A DNA stretch of 64,000 nt from Basidiobolus meristosporus CBS 931.73 (taxonomy: Eukaryota; Fungi; Basidiobolomycota), in NCBI GenBank assembly GCA_002104905.1, contig MCFE01000012.1, positions 124,001 through 188,000 on the forward strand, written 5' to 3'. A program made the position numbers and the translations under genes. Under the pieces are notes generated by a model that worked only from the letters and a program-made list of their open reading frames with translations, was not told where the DNA came from and searched no databases. Positions 12,196 to 25,500 of the stretch are shown here, piece after piece. The stretch's first letter is position 1. Every line of letters starts with the position of its first letter.

Positions 12196-15105
12196 GGGCT
12201 CCGTCGAGAGCCTGGCTTGTACTCTTGTAGAAAAAACTAACCGTGAATAGGAGGTAAAAAACAAATAGGCGGTAGGTGTGGTTATACTTTGTATCAGAGA
12301 TAGCCAAGCTTTGTAGCTCTCTATTTCTGGTATGCTTTATCTTGAACATTGTTGAGTCGTCTTCTTTCTTGCGAATTCTTGTGTTTGGTTTGCTACAATA
12401 CTTTTCACTTGGAAAGGTAGAGTCCGGAAGGAGTACCTATTTGTACATAGGGCGTTACAGCACCTGATTAGTCTCCAGTATACAAAGACCTGCATGACGA
12501 GAGAAAATATACCGATGATAACATATGTGCTTCCATACTCTTAACGATGTTATGAGGACTAGTACGGCAGCACTCCGGATTCCACACGGGATAAGTTACA
12601 ATACTTCAGTGACTAAGACTTTGTGGGTGGTAAGCCTATTGGGTTTCCAAATTCGTGAAGATAAAAGGTTCAGAGGTCGTGCTCCATGAAATATGCGTCT
12701 CCAGAGACAAACTTACGCTTTGAAGTAAAATCCGTGCAAATGAATTTTACGAAAGACATGCTGAGACCTGCCCAAGTATATATAGCTCTAGTTCGAACGT
12801 GGTGATGGCCAAATTCAAATAGGGCGATGATTGGTCAAGCCTAGTCAAATGTTTGATCCACCTTTGCCAGGTAAACTGACATATTCCAGTACAATTTACC
12901 AAATAGTTTATTATCAACATTGAGATCTTGTATTGGAGGTCTCGAGCATTATCGCAGTGTAAATATATAGGTAAATACCACTGGAATTAAAAATAAATTG
13001 GCCTATCATTCATTCATATATTAATGGAGATGATGAATTCGTCAACCACAAGTGCTGATTTTACCCGATACTCTAAGCACTCTCTTGGCTGAATTCAGAT
13101 TTTGGAAAGCGGTGGCAATCCTAAGACACCGCAGATTGCCGTAGACTGCTTGAGCATGGTCAAGACGGCGAGGTTTGAAAGATAGCCAGTCTATTGACGC
13201 TGAAAACCTGGTGTTCCCGAAGCCCAAACATTGCTGGCAGAATCGGTTGAACGGGTCTTTGAGTTACAGAATCGCATTAGTGGCGAGGTTTCTTTAACGG
13301 TCACAAACAGGTATGTTTCTCATCTTAGTCACCAAGTACTAGCATGGGTTACAATTGAGCGTAGGAGGTAATCTGGGCCCTGGCATTGAAGCATTGCGAC
13401 CTTTCCAAAACAATTATTTAATTATCATTGTAACAGGACTACTAATTATGATCAAGATTTGTTTTCCTATACTTCTGCGTGCTACTACTATCCAACTTGA
13501 TATCGTCAAAAGCCTAATGTAACGAATCTCCAGCAGCATGAAGAATATACATCTTTTCTACAAAGGAACATTGGATATATTTTCCCTGATTGCCAGTGCT
13601 TACCTTGAAGTATACATAGCCATCAAAAACCTGACCGTGGTATAATCCTACACCAGAACCAGAAGTTCTGTTTACAGACGGTCGTGTGCACTTGGCTAAA
13701 TACCATACGATTGTAGGTACTGGACTGTTGTGCCATAACTCTAGCTGTAACTCAAACTGACAACTCTTACTCCATATACTTTAGCCATCAGGGAAATACA
13801 TGGGCGAAGTGCATCATCAATAGTGCACTATGCTATACTTGCGCAATCATTTTTTCGCACCTACTTCACTTCCGTAAAGATTCTCTAATGACCAATCTGC
13901 TGATCTTAAATCCTAATTGGTATCACAATATAATGGCATTGCATCGCAGATTTGTGGAACTGTCGTCTTAATATATGTTAAAGTTCCTATATGTTGCACA
14001 TAACCATGTCAGATCGAATAAACACAAGCATTTCATTTATTATTATACATAAGCATCATACTGAACTCAAAGTCCCTATAGAAAATCTCAAACTTGGAAT
14101 CCATTGGGTAATCTGCAGGTATTCTAATGGAGTTTTTCCTTCAAAATTTTAGTTGCGATTTTTGGTGGAAGTGGTGAGCAGCAGATTACCAAATTTGGCA
14201 TGAATGCTAGTTGGCCTAGTCTCCTGGAAAATGTCTACTTGTCTGCCAACTAGATAGTACCTGAGATATTGGGAGTTGTCAGTTTTCACTAACCAGTAAC
14301 TCAGCTGATATTATGACAGTATTCTGCTGGCCTTCACTTGATTTTGTTTCTTAGGGAGTAGTCATAGAGCAGCCTAAAAAATTGCAGGTTCTGGAGCTTT
14401 GACAGTATGGTACAAATGATAGTTAAAGCAACAGTACTAATTCTAAAGTTAGTACTCATTAGAGTTGGATTTATTCTGTTGATCAGGTCAACTTTCAAGC
14501 TGCATATTAAGGTTTTATCATACACAATTACTTGTGTCTACAATCTAATTGGTGATGTACCTGCAGAAACTCTAGGTAGTAAAGAAGCACAATATTGGGC
14601 CAAGGTAATAATACTACCTTATAAAGTCCATTGCCAACTTGAAGATCCATGATAGCTCCAACAAATAGGTATTTGAGGAGCAATAGGAAGGTTGTGAAGG
14701 AGAACCAGCATGAATATGCTTATGCATATACATACATATAACTTATTGCAAGATTCAAGAGCGTCTTGTAAGTGACTTCAAGCATTACAGCAGCTGGTTA
14801 GTACTTGTAGTTTTGCTGAATACCAATGGGCTATTCATACCTTCAGAGGAGCATTATAAGACTGCTGATAAGATTGCTTTGCTAAAAATCCCAGGAGGCT
14901 GTGCACACTCTCTGGTAGCTTTTGGGCAATGTTGAATATCTTTACAAATCCCAGGCCTTCACTTATTCTAGCCACTAGTTCATTTCATTGGAATGAAATC
15001 TTCAATAAATAGCTCACTCTGTGGAATATACTGAGTCAATTTATTAAGCCTATAAATTGTTTTGGTTCAGGCTGAATATTGAGGACATATAGTATGCAGA
15101 CAAAA

Positions 15106-15570
15106 TGTTGAGAAACCATCTCTAAATCTACATGGAATAAGGTTTTATAGATATCATACTTACACCTATGTACTCACCCAGATCAGTCCCTCAATTTATA
15201 GTCCACAAATCCTACAAAACTTGGGCAAGCCTTTTTATAGACATATAGTATATTTGTTCTATATGATTGGATGCTCAAAATATGAAGTATCTCACAGTTG
15301 TCAAACAGTATCAACCTTTGCACCCATAATACTGGGACTTTTCTAGGCATTCTCCATATTGCTTTGCCAACATCTTATAGGACTATAAACACTACTCTTA
15401 CACTCAATTAACCATCAAGTCATAGCCATGTAATCTACCAATCACTTCAAATGTATACAAACCACTCACAATAGCTTATGAGCCCCATTCTGTCACTCTC
15501 TGGAATGTCTTCTACTGCCATAATCAGATGTATTCAAATTGCTGAAAAGTTATACACAGGTAATGGTTGT
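15106..15570 (+). mobile_element. Truncated Ty1/copia 5-prime end (LTR, PBS, first gag codons)
   Basis: TGTTG at 15106, CAATA at 15469-15473, PBS-like GCTTATGAGCCCC at 15474. The next ~80 bp match the gag start of the element at 20250 (MSSTAI...AEKL). Confidence 0.5.
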
Positions 15571-15595
15571 GAGGTCTGTAATAAAACCTAGTTAT

Positions 15596-18500
15596 TGTTG
15601 TAAGAGTCTTGGAGTTATTGGAAGCGATTGGGACAACAAGTAGATTATGTGGTTTTCACTTAATGATATATTCAATGCCAATGTGGCATTTATACTTTTG
15701 CATGGTTTTGGCATGGCAAACATGTAAAATAGGTTGAGGAAGGTCCCAACAAGGAATTGAGTCAGTATACACTAGGATTTGAAGGTAATTATTACAATAG
15801 TTATTCACTCAGCTAAGTCACTTAGATAATGGTCTACATGTCATAGTGAATGCTGTAAGAGCTTTGGAGATACTAGAAGCAATTGGAAGAGTAAGTAGCT
15901 ATGTGGCTTCCACATAACTGCTTCTTCAAAGCAAAAGCAGTATTTATACCTTTAGATGGTCTTTTCAAGACAAACACATAAAAGTGGCTTGGGATGATCA
16001 CCAAAGTATATGTGCGAAGATTTGGGTTGTTTGTATTGTAGTATTTATTGCATTGTCACCTAAATATTCATGCTAGCTTGGTCACATTTATCTGATCCTA
16101 TGATTGGCATTCTCTACTGACCAAATTTTTTGTTGGAATTTGCTTAGAATATTTGCACCAAATTATCAAGTACTCAGATAAATACCATTATCAGAGTTGT
16201 CCAAAAGACACCAAACTTTGCACAAATATTCCTGCACCCTTCCTTAGCACACTCTACAGGTTTCTTTGTCTTACTTTATCAAAAGCATAAATATCATACT
16301 TTTGGTCAATAAATCTACAAATGAGTAGCATGTATATCCCCACTAGTACTAATTTTGACCTGAGATATTCAAATTTGTTGCTAGCTGATGGGTAAGTAAA
16401 CATGTCTGGAATCATTTTATCTATAGGACAGTACACTAGGTTAGCTAAGTTATTCTCTATAGCTTCACATATGGGATGATGTCTAATATCTATGTGCTTG
16501 GTTCTAGCATGAAAAGTTGGATTTCTACCTGATTGTATACATCCATGATTACCTTAAAATAAAGTAATAGGAATTTTTTGACATAGGCCTAAGTCTGAAA
16601 AAAGCTTCCTTAGCCACATTGCTTTTTTTGTAGCTTCACAGGCTGCCATATACTCTGCCTCTGTGGTGGAAAGTGCCATGGTTGGTTGCATTCTTGAGTT
16701 CCATGAAATTACTCCTTTACAGTAAAGAAAGGTGTATCCTGTGGTAGATCTTCTGTCTACCATATTTTGTCCCCAATTAGCATCAGAGTATCCCACAAGA
16801 TCCTGTTCTGAATCCTTGTAAGTGTATCTTAAGCAGATATCAGCAGTTCCTTTTAGGTATGTAAAAGTCCACTTATCTGCTGCAATCTGATCAGATCCAT
16901 GGTTCTGATTATGCTGGCTGACAACTCCTACTGAATATGAGATATCTGGACATGTTCCAAGCATGATATACATCAGACTGCTGACCATAGATTGATAAAG
17001 AGAGTCAGGGCTTGCAGATGGCACAAAGCTCTCTTGATTTGGTTGAGTTTTGACCAAGTCAAGGTTTGTCTCCATTAGGGTAGCTGCCAGTTTACAGTCT
17101 CCCATTTGATACTTCTTTAGTATATCTTGAATATACTTGGATTGACATAGGCTTATAGTCTGGGTACTTCTGTCTGTGGAGAACCTTATCCTTAAGTAGT
17201 AGCTGAGTTCTCCTGGATGTGACATCTTGAACTCTTTAGATAGGCTGGATTTAGTCTCTTCCAATGTTGCTAGGTTATTGATGGCTATAATAAGATCATC
17301 CACATATAGAGCCAACAGAACTGGATTTGCTCTATCTGGCTTATAGTATATACTATAGTCAGCACTACTCTTTTTGAAACTCAAAGATTCCAAATTAGCA
17401 TCTATCTTGCAATTTCAGGCTTGTGGTGATTGTTTGAGACCATATAAAGATTCTTTAAGCTTGCAGTCCAAATGGGGGTTATCTTGGTCAGCAAACCCAT
17501 CAGGCTTGTCCATATACATATCCTCATCAAGTTCTCCATTCAAAAATGCAGCTTTTACATCCATTTGATGTATAAAAACTTATGTTTGCCTGCAATAGCC
17601 TATATCAATCTAATGGGATTAAACTTAGCTACCGGTGCAAAGGTCTCAGTATAGTCAAGTCCTTTTGTTTGAGAGTATCCTTTGGCCACAAGTCTTGCTT
17701 TGTAACTTTCAATTGTACCATTGGCCTTGTATTTGGTCTTAAAGACCCATCTGCATCCAATTAATTTTGGCTGATTGGCAATTGCACTAAGTCCCAAGTT
17801 TGATTTTCCATCCAAGCCTAATACTCCTCAGTCACTTCTGATCTCCAAAACTATGTCTGAGGGCTATTTCAGGGCTCTTCTACAGTCTGGGGCTTATAAA
17901 TCTTGACTGAATAGGCAAAGGCTAAGTTTGTACCCTCATTGATATAGTAATTTGGGCTATATCTGGTATGGTTGGATCTCTGGGCATTCAATACTGGAAT
18001 GATCACTTCTGGGATATTCCCGGGCACTGCTTCAGGCTGGACCACAGTTGTAAAGTCCTCTAGAGTGAGACATACCTCATTGTTTTGCTGTGATTCAATC
18101 CTGACATATGGTGGATTTGAAATCAGATTCTTGTCATCATTTGATGTCAATTTTGTGAAAATTATGAATTTTCATCAAACAACACATCCCTGGACTTGAT
18201 TAGCTTCTTTGCATTGGTACTGTAGAGTCTGCATGCTTTACTCTCATTGCAATAGCCCAAAAATATGCATTTTACACTTTTTGGCTCAGATTTTGACTGA
18301 TATCCAGGCAGATTCTTGGCATATGCTGTACACCCAAATATTCTTAGATATTTGGCACTTGGTCTGTATCAATACCATGCTTCAAATGGAGTAGAACCAC
18401 AAAGTATACTGTTATATTTTTGAGGTATACAGCTATGGCAACTGACTCCACCCAAAAATCATAGGAAACTTTTGATCATATATCATAGTTCTTGCCTTAT

Positions 18501-20612
18501 CAATTATTGATCTGTTTGTACATTCTGGTACTCCATTATGCTGTGGGGAGTATGGTACAGTAGTCTCTTGCTTTATCCCATGAATTTTGCAGAAGTGGAT
18601 GAAGAGTTTTGAGGTATATTCTCCACCTTTGTCAGAGCATGTTTTCTTGATTTTTTTGCCAGTTTCTCTCTCCACCATGGATTTAAACTCCTTGAACTTA
18701 GACAGAGCTTATTCCTTTCTCTCCATGAGGTAGACCCATGTGTATCTTGTATAATTATCAATAAAAGTGATTAAATACTGCATCCTGCCTAAGGATTAGT
18801 AATGCATAGGTTCACACAGATCTGAGCAAATTCAATCTAATTTTTTCTTAGTTGTGATTAACCCAAAGATCTTGAATGGTTATCTGGCTTGTTTCCCATA
18901 TATGCAGGCTTCACAGTGCTCTAAAGTAGCTAGGGGAGCAATTTTTACTCCAGAAATCAGCTGATCTTTGATCATTTTAGGCAAATAATCAAAATTGATG
19001 TGCCCTAATCTCCTGTGCCAAAGCATTGGTGCTTCTTCACATAGGTTACTTCAATTGGTTTCCAGATATGATGGAATATAAGTCAACTTGCATAGATTCT
19101 GATCTCTGATACCCAAAGCAATATGGACACCATTTGATCAGCAATTCTGCATCCAGAATTGTCAAAGCTGAAACTGAGTCTTTCTGCTGAGGCCTTGCTT
19201 ACAGATAGTAGGCTCTTGGCATTTTCTGGTACATAGAGTACTTCTTTAAAGGTCAGTGTATGACTACCTTCACTGCTTCTAAGGTTTACTTGGATAGTTC
19301 CTTCTCCCACTGCATCAAATGTACCATTGTCACCTATGAAACCTTCTTAATTGGAATTTCTTGATAATGGGTAAAAAGTTCCTTTTGGTGTGTAAAGTGT
19401 TGACATGCTCCAGGGTCAATGTACCACATCTGAAAATCCTTGCTTGTGGTCATATTTAGTGCACATATGAATAGTCTATCTTCAGTTGTTGCAGCATTTA
19501 CATATTCTGGCTTCTTTTGCTGATTATCTCTCTTTTTGAGACACCGGTCTGATGTGTGTCCTTTCCTTTTGCAGTAGTTGCAAAACAGGTTGCTGTTGCC
19601 TTTGTAGGGTCTTGGATACCTCCTTTGTTAGTTATCATTGCTTATTAAAGCATTTCTTCTTCCTTCTTATTGGTGCTTGATTTTCTTAATTCTTCATCCA
19701 GGAGCCTTCCATATATGTAATATAAGATCAAATCTTCAGTTCTAGACTCTTGGGCTGATACAAGGCCCTGAAGCTTGTCTGTCAGGCTATTCAGGATGGT
19801 TACTATCACATCCTCATCAGTAGCTGGTACTCCCACAGATTCCATTTCATCTACCAGCTGGGTAATTCTGTAGATTTTTCATTTCTTCTCCTAGCTGCAT
19901 CTTTGTAGTAAAGAATTTTTGGCTCAGGTACATTTTCTTAGCAGCTGAACATGACTGGTAGGTGTCTTCTAATGCCTTCCAGGTATTCTTTGCCATTTTT
20001 GCTCTTGAGCATTGAATAAGCAATTTAACCTTAATAATAAGGCCAATGCAGTTAGAGGCACTTTGTTCTTTCTTCTGGTACTTTAAGGCTTCCTCTCCCA
20101 TGCTTTGAGGAGGGCATTCTTCTTGCATGACAATATCTCAAAGGCCTCTTTCTTGTAGCAGCATATTCATCTTCACCTTCCACACTTGGTAGTTAGATCC
20201 ATCCAACTTTTCAGCAGAGGGAAATATTCCAGTAATAGCTGTAGTAGACATTGCAGAGAGTAACAGCATGGGGCTTACAAGCTGTTGTAAGAGTCTTGGA
20301 GGTATTGAGAGTGATTGGGAGAACAAGTAGATTATGTGGTATTCACTTAATGATTAATTGAATGTAAAAGTAGTATTTATACTTTGCATGGTCCTGACAT
20401 TACAAACATGTGGAAGAGGTTGAGGAAGGTCCCAAGAGCAGGTGTGGAAAGTTTGGAGCTGCTTGGACAACCTTGAGAATTTCCATGTTCTGGGCACCTG
20501 GTATTTTGGTGAAAATATTCTAAGTAAATCCCAATAAGGAATTTGGTCAGTATTCTCTAGGATCTAAAGGCAATGAGCTAAGTGACTAAGTTAGGTGAAT
20601 ATTTAGGTGGAT
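15596..20612 (-). mobile_element. Degenerate Ty1/copia LTR retrotransposon (copia-1)
   Basis: 5-prime LTR at ~20612-20283 and a homologous LTR piece starting at 15596. Gag AEKLDGSNYQVWK, zinc knuckle CNYCKRKGHTSDRC (~19590), protease WYIDPGACQH (~19425), integrase [27 protein letters not shown], RNase H GYSDANW/STTEAEYMA. Many stops and frameshifts; the 3-prime LTR region is rearranged. Confidence 0.9.
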
Positions 20613-21840
20613 AAACATATCTTTAGTTAAGTAACCAATAAGTATATTTGCTAAAGCTAATACAATTAAAGGTAAACTCATTACCATACTAGGCTCATGA
20701 GCATGAAGGTAATTAGTTTTAGTTCCATTTGGGAAAGTTAAGAATGTAAGCACAATTCATCTAAAAGAATAAAAAGCTGTTATAATTGCAGTTAATGTAC
20801 CTAACTAATAAGCATTACCACCTGTAAATAAATATTGTCCATAAGCTACTTCCAGGATAAAATCTTTCAAATAGAATCCTGCTAAGAATGGTAATGCCAT
20901 TAGACTTAAGGAACCATTAAAATATTAGTGTAAGCAAAAGGTAATAATTGACTAAACCACCCATTTTTCTCATATCTTGCTCATCATTTAGGGCATGAAT
21001 TACCACACCTGCTGATAAAAATAATAAAGCCTTAAAGTGGGCATGATCTACTAGATGGAATAAGCTTGTTGAATAATTTGATAAACCTACCAACATTACT
21101 AGATAACCTAACTGACTACAAGTTGAGTAAGCAATTATTCTTTTTAAATCATTTTGAAGTAAAGCGCTCAAAGCACCAAAGAAAGCTGTTAATGCTCCTA
21201 TCCAAGTTATTATTAATAAAGGAGTAGAACTATATTCTAATAGAGGTGATGCTCTTAATAATAAATATACACCCACAGTCACCATTGTTGCTGCATGGAT
21301 TAATGCTGATACGGGTGTAGAACCCTCCACTGCATTGGGTAACCAAGTATGAAGTACTAATTGAGCTGATTTAGCCATTGCAGCTGTTGGTAATAATATA
21401 GCAATTAAGCTTAGTTTATTATCTTCCATAAGTAGAGCTAATGAGAATACTGTAGTTAAATCCAGATCTCCTGTCATTGCTATTAAAGCAAACATTGCTA
21501 CACTCATTCCCCAATCACCAATTATATTCATAACTAAGGCTTTAGTGGCAGCTTTATTTGCCTGTACTCTTCTAAACCAAAAGTTAATTAATAGATAAGA
21601 ACATATACCTACACCTTCCCACCCTATCAAAATAAGTAATAAATTATCACCTGTCACTAAAATTAACATAAAAAATGTGAATAATGATAAATAACTAAAA
21701 AATCTTTGTACATGTGGATTGTGTTCCATATACCTTGAAGAATAAATATGAACTGCTGTTAATACTATTAATACAGGTAATAATATTGATACTGTTAAAC
21801 TATCAAAATTAAATCCCCATGATATTAAAATTCTTTATTG
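20612..21840 (-). pseudogene. nad5: NUMT: nuclear copy of mitochondrial NADH dehydrogenase subunit 5 (internal fragment)
   Basis: AT-rich segment translating to FDSLTV...MEHNPHVQRFFSYLSLFTFFMLILVT...GWEGVGICSYLLINFW...KSAQ...HTWLP...TPVSALIHAATMVT...HAHFKALLFLSAGVVIHA...GSLSLMALPFLAGFY. It has frameshifts near 20940 and stop codons, and is embedded between nuclear TEs. Confidence 0.95.
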
Positions 21841-21940
21841 CTGGTAAAGTATATATCTTCCAAACATATGCTTGGTTGCCACCACTTGTGCCATGAATAG
21901 CTCCAGAGTATCCACAAAGTACTTTTGATATTTAGCAAAT

Positions 21941-22148
21941 AGACTTGTTCCACTGTACCATGCCAGGGTGCATGGTACAATCCATGGTTGTTAAGAACAG
22001 TCAGGTGCAATACTGTATTACCAGAAGGCAGGATTGCTCTTGGACAACTTTGCCCTATGTAAGACAATCTTGCACACTGCAACACAATCTGACACAATGA
22101 AGTTAGCACAGGTGAGTACACTAACTTGTAATGTTTGCATTACATGTC
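21941..22148 (+). mobile_element. Terminal fragment of the AGACTTGTTC-TIR (Harbinger/ISL2-like) family
   Basis: AAT|AGACTTGTTCCACTG at 21941; the next ~200 bp match 28734-28940. Confidence 0.75.
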
Positions 22149-22153
22149 ATGAT

Positions 22154-22525
22154 TGTGAGTACTAAATGCAGTACCCACTCTTTGCCCAAGAGTTCTCCCC
22201 AGAGTCCTACCCAAAGTCCCCCAGTATCCTCCCTATGATTCCCCCATGTGCCCTCCCTCCTATCCCTACCATTATCTAGTTAGAACACTTACCATAACAG
22301 GAAGGTGTTCACACCCCTATTTTATAACACATTGACTATTATCTAAGCCCCCCCAAGTGATATATATATGTACCCAATTGAACCAAGACTGGGAGATTTT
22401 GGGACGGAATAAACACAAGTCTTTATTACCTTGCTACCTTCTATTGGAAGCTATTCTGAACCAAGTGGTACTGACTTGACCTACAAGCTCTCCCACTCAC
22501 CAAGTACAGTCAATAATAATCCACA
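22154..22525 (+). repeat. Gypsy 5-prime LTR (372 bp)
   Basis: TGTGAGTACT...CCACA. About 20 differences from the reconstituted 3-prime LTR, several of them TG versus CA pairs. Confidence 0.95.
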
Positions 22526-22566
22526 TATTTGGTGCTGTCTCTGCTTAAATAAGCACAAGTGAGGTA

Positions 22567-25500
22567 ATGACTACTACAATCAAACTAAAAACATACAAGG
22601 GAAAGAGAGAGAAAGCCCTTGAGTGGTTTGATAAGTTTGAGAGAGTTGCGGTTGATGCAGGATGGGACAACAATAAGAAAGTGAGGGAGTTTGTAAGACA
22701 TATGGAAGGGTCAGCATGGCAATGGCATTACGGGTTGGAAGACGCAGTTAAAGACAACTGGGATGCACTAGTAGAAGCCTACAAGACACGCTTTATATAT
22801 GCCAAAGGATACCACTACAAAGCCCTTCTACTGTCCTCACAGAAGAAAAGCAGTGAGAGCTATGAAGCCTACACTAAGCTATTTCTCCAACAAGTTTGGT
22901 GTCTCCCAAAGGACAAAATTGCCAAACAACAGCTCATGAGGTATTACATCATGGGCATAGACAATGATATAAGACATAGGGCATCCAAAGAGCAACAGGG
23001 ATATAAACGCTGCAAGAGTTGGTCAGACAAGTACAAGGGATCATCTTGCTACGGGGGCTACCCTATAGTGATGCAAATGATCAAAGGACAGGGATCCCCC
23101 ATAAGAAAGGAAAAATTGCCTCCCCAAAAGACTATGAGTTAGAGGAATTACGGCAAAAGGTCCAAGAACTCTCAATTGACAATGTCCAAGAAGTCCCCAA
23201 AGAAGGTGATAAACTCTGGGAAGCTGTTGTAGATCTAAAGGTCCAGGTCCAAGCCCTGACTCAACAGATGGAATAACCGCAACAACAGTATCTGTGTTAT
23301 GTGTGTGGAGAGGTAGGTCACCCGGCCCACAAATGTGAAAAATGGTACAGACAAGAAGCCGTACCGGACACAAAAGAGAAGAAGGCATCAAAAGACAGAG
23401 TCCCTTGCCAGGAGGCCAACAGGACTCAGTCAATCTAAGCCCTCCGGTCAGGACAGTCAAAGTGCGGAAGAAGAAGCATCAACATGATGCTTCTAGAGAG
23501 GAGGCAAAGGAACCTGTAGTAGAGGTTCCGTCAAAAGGAAAGAGCACAGAATTAGATGAAGAAGTATGGAATGAGCCTTGGGAAGAAGTGTTAAAGCAAA
23601 CAAAGAATGCTAGCATGTCTTCCCATGGCCTATTCCCCATAATGAAGGTATTAGAGCAAACCAAGGCAACCCTCCCAATAACCAATTTACTGGGACTTGC
23701 CCCAGCTCTAGTCAAGGAACTGATAGAGGGATTGAAGGAGATAACAACCCTTCATGTCCACCAGACAGTCCTGCAAAAACCAAATAAAGGTACATATGTA
23801 AAGGTACATATAGAGAATAAGGAGATTCTTGCCCTTATTGACACAGGATTCTCTACGTTGATCATGTCAGAGTCATTGGCAAAACATCTAAAATTAGACA
23901 TAGTCCCCAACAATACCATTTGAGTATGGCTAGCAAATGACCAACTGGACACAACAGTGGGTGTGGTGTCAAATTGTCCCATCCAGCTAGGCAACTTGAT
24001 AATACACCAAGATGTTGTGGTTCTACCTGTTGCAGCCAACAACTTACTCATTGGTGAAAGTTGGTTTATCCAACATAAGATGGATATACTTTACAGTGCA
24101 TCTGAACTCAGGTGGGATACCAAGAGTATCCCATTGATTCATATCACCAATGAGAGCAAGGCATGTAGCAACAGTGTGACAATCAAAGAGGTGAAACTGT
24201 TGCAGTCTCCAATCATCACACGAAAGGTGATAAGAATACCACCCACCAGTGAGACGGTGATCTCATTAGAGACACCAATAGCTTATTTGACAAGCGGAAG
24301 AATGATAACCACAGCAAAGGCATCCAAGCAACTGGAAGGAATCTTGATCCCTAAAGTATGGATACCACCAAAATTTGAAACGCAAAGTCTGAAGTGCTTA
24401 GTGGTCAACAATGGGTGACACACAGTGACATTGCCTAGAGGAGTGCTATTGTCAAACCTAGAGGAAGTTGACGGAATTGACTAAGGACCACCTACAAACA
24501 AGGAACCAGAAGAAGAACTCCCTGAACTAGATGTGGACCCCGGTCTACCGTAAGTTCCTAGAAGGAATACACCTGCTTGCCCAAGTATTCTCTAAGAACT
24601 AAGTAATTGGCCATATACCTGGGGTATATCACCAAATCCACCTCACCAACAAATACCCCATCAAGCAAAAAGCCTAAAGGAACTTGAAAATTGACACAGA
24701 CTATATCAAAGAGACAATTGAAACTTTATTGAAAGACAACATCATTATAGAGAGCCAGTCTCCGTGGGCCTCCCCTGTAGTGATAGTCCCAAAGAAAGAC
24801 AGAAAGCAACACTTTTGCATCAACTACCAAAAATTGAATGCCATCACCCAGAAGGACATGTATCCACTACCACAAATAGACAACCTGTTGGACAGATTAA
24901 TTGGAGCTAAATATTTTAGCTCTCTTGACTTAATCTCTGGGTATTGGCAAGTAGAAGTAGCCCCGGAAGATTGACCCAAAACCACTTTTATAACATTGTT
25001 TGGATTATACAAATGAAACCAACTACCCTTTGGGTTGTGCAATGCCCCCGCTATGTTCCAAAGGATGATCAACAAGGTGCTAGGAAATCTACAATGGGAA
25101 TGCGCTCTTGTATATCTGGACAACATCATGATATATTCACCAATGTAGAAGAGCATATACACAACATGCAACATATCCTGACAGTCCTCCTTGAGAACCA
25201 ACTCAAACTACATCCCAAGAAGTGCCATTTCCTGTATATGAAATTGTTGCTCCTGGGCCACAAGATCTTGGTAGATGGAATATACCCATCTACATCACTC
25301 CTGAAAGCCGTTCAAGATACACCCGCACCAAAGGATATTAATGCAGTGTTGGGATTCCTAGGATTAGCTGGCTACTATTGCCGCTTTGTCAAAAACTTTG
25401 CAACAATAGCAGCCCCCCTATACAAATTGACGCAAAAAGGCCAGTGTTTTGTATGGTCTGAGCCATAAAAGAGAGCATTTGATCAGCTGAAATATTCCCT

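Noticed and set aside
14113-14140. GKTPL ankyrin-like motif
   Set aside because: A single 5-residue match with no downstream ankyrin helix pattern.
20917-21729. 270-aa nad5 ORF as a functional gene
   Set aside because: It is an internal fragment with frameshifts and stops on its flank, embedded among nuclear TEs; it is a NUMT.
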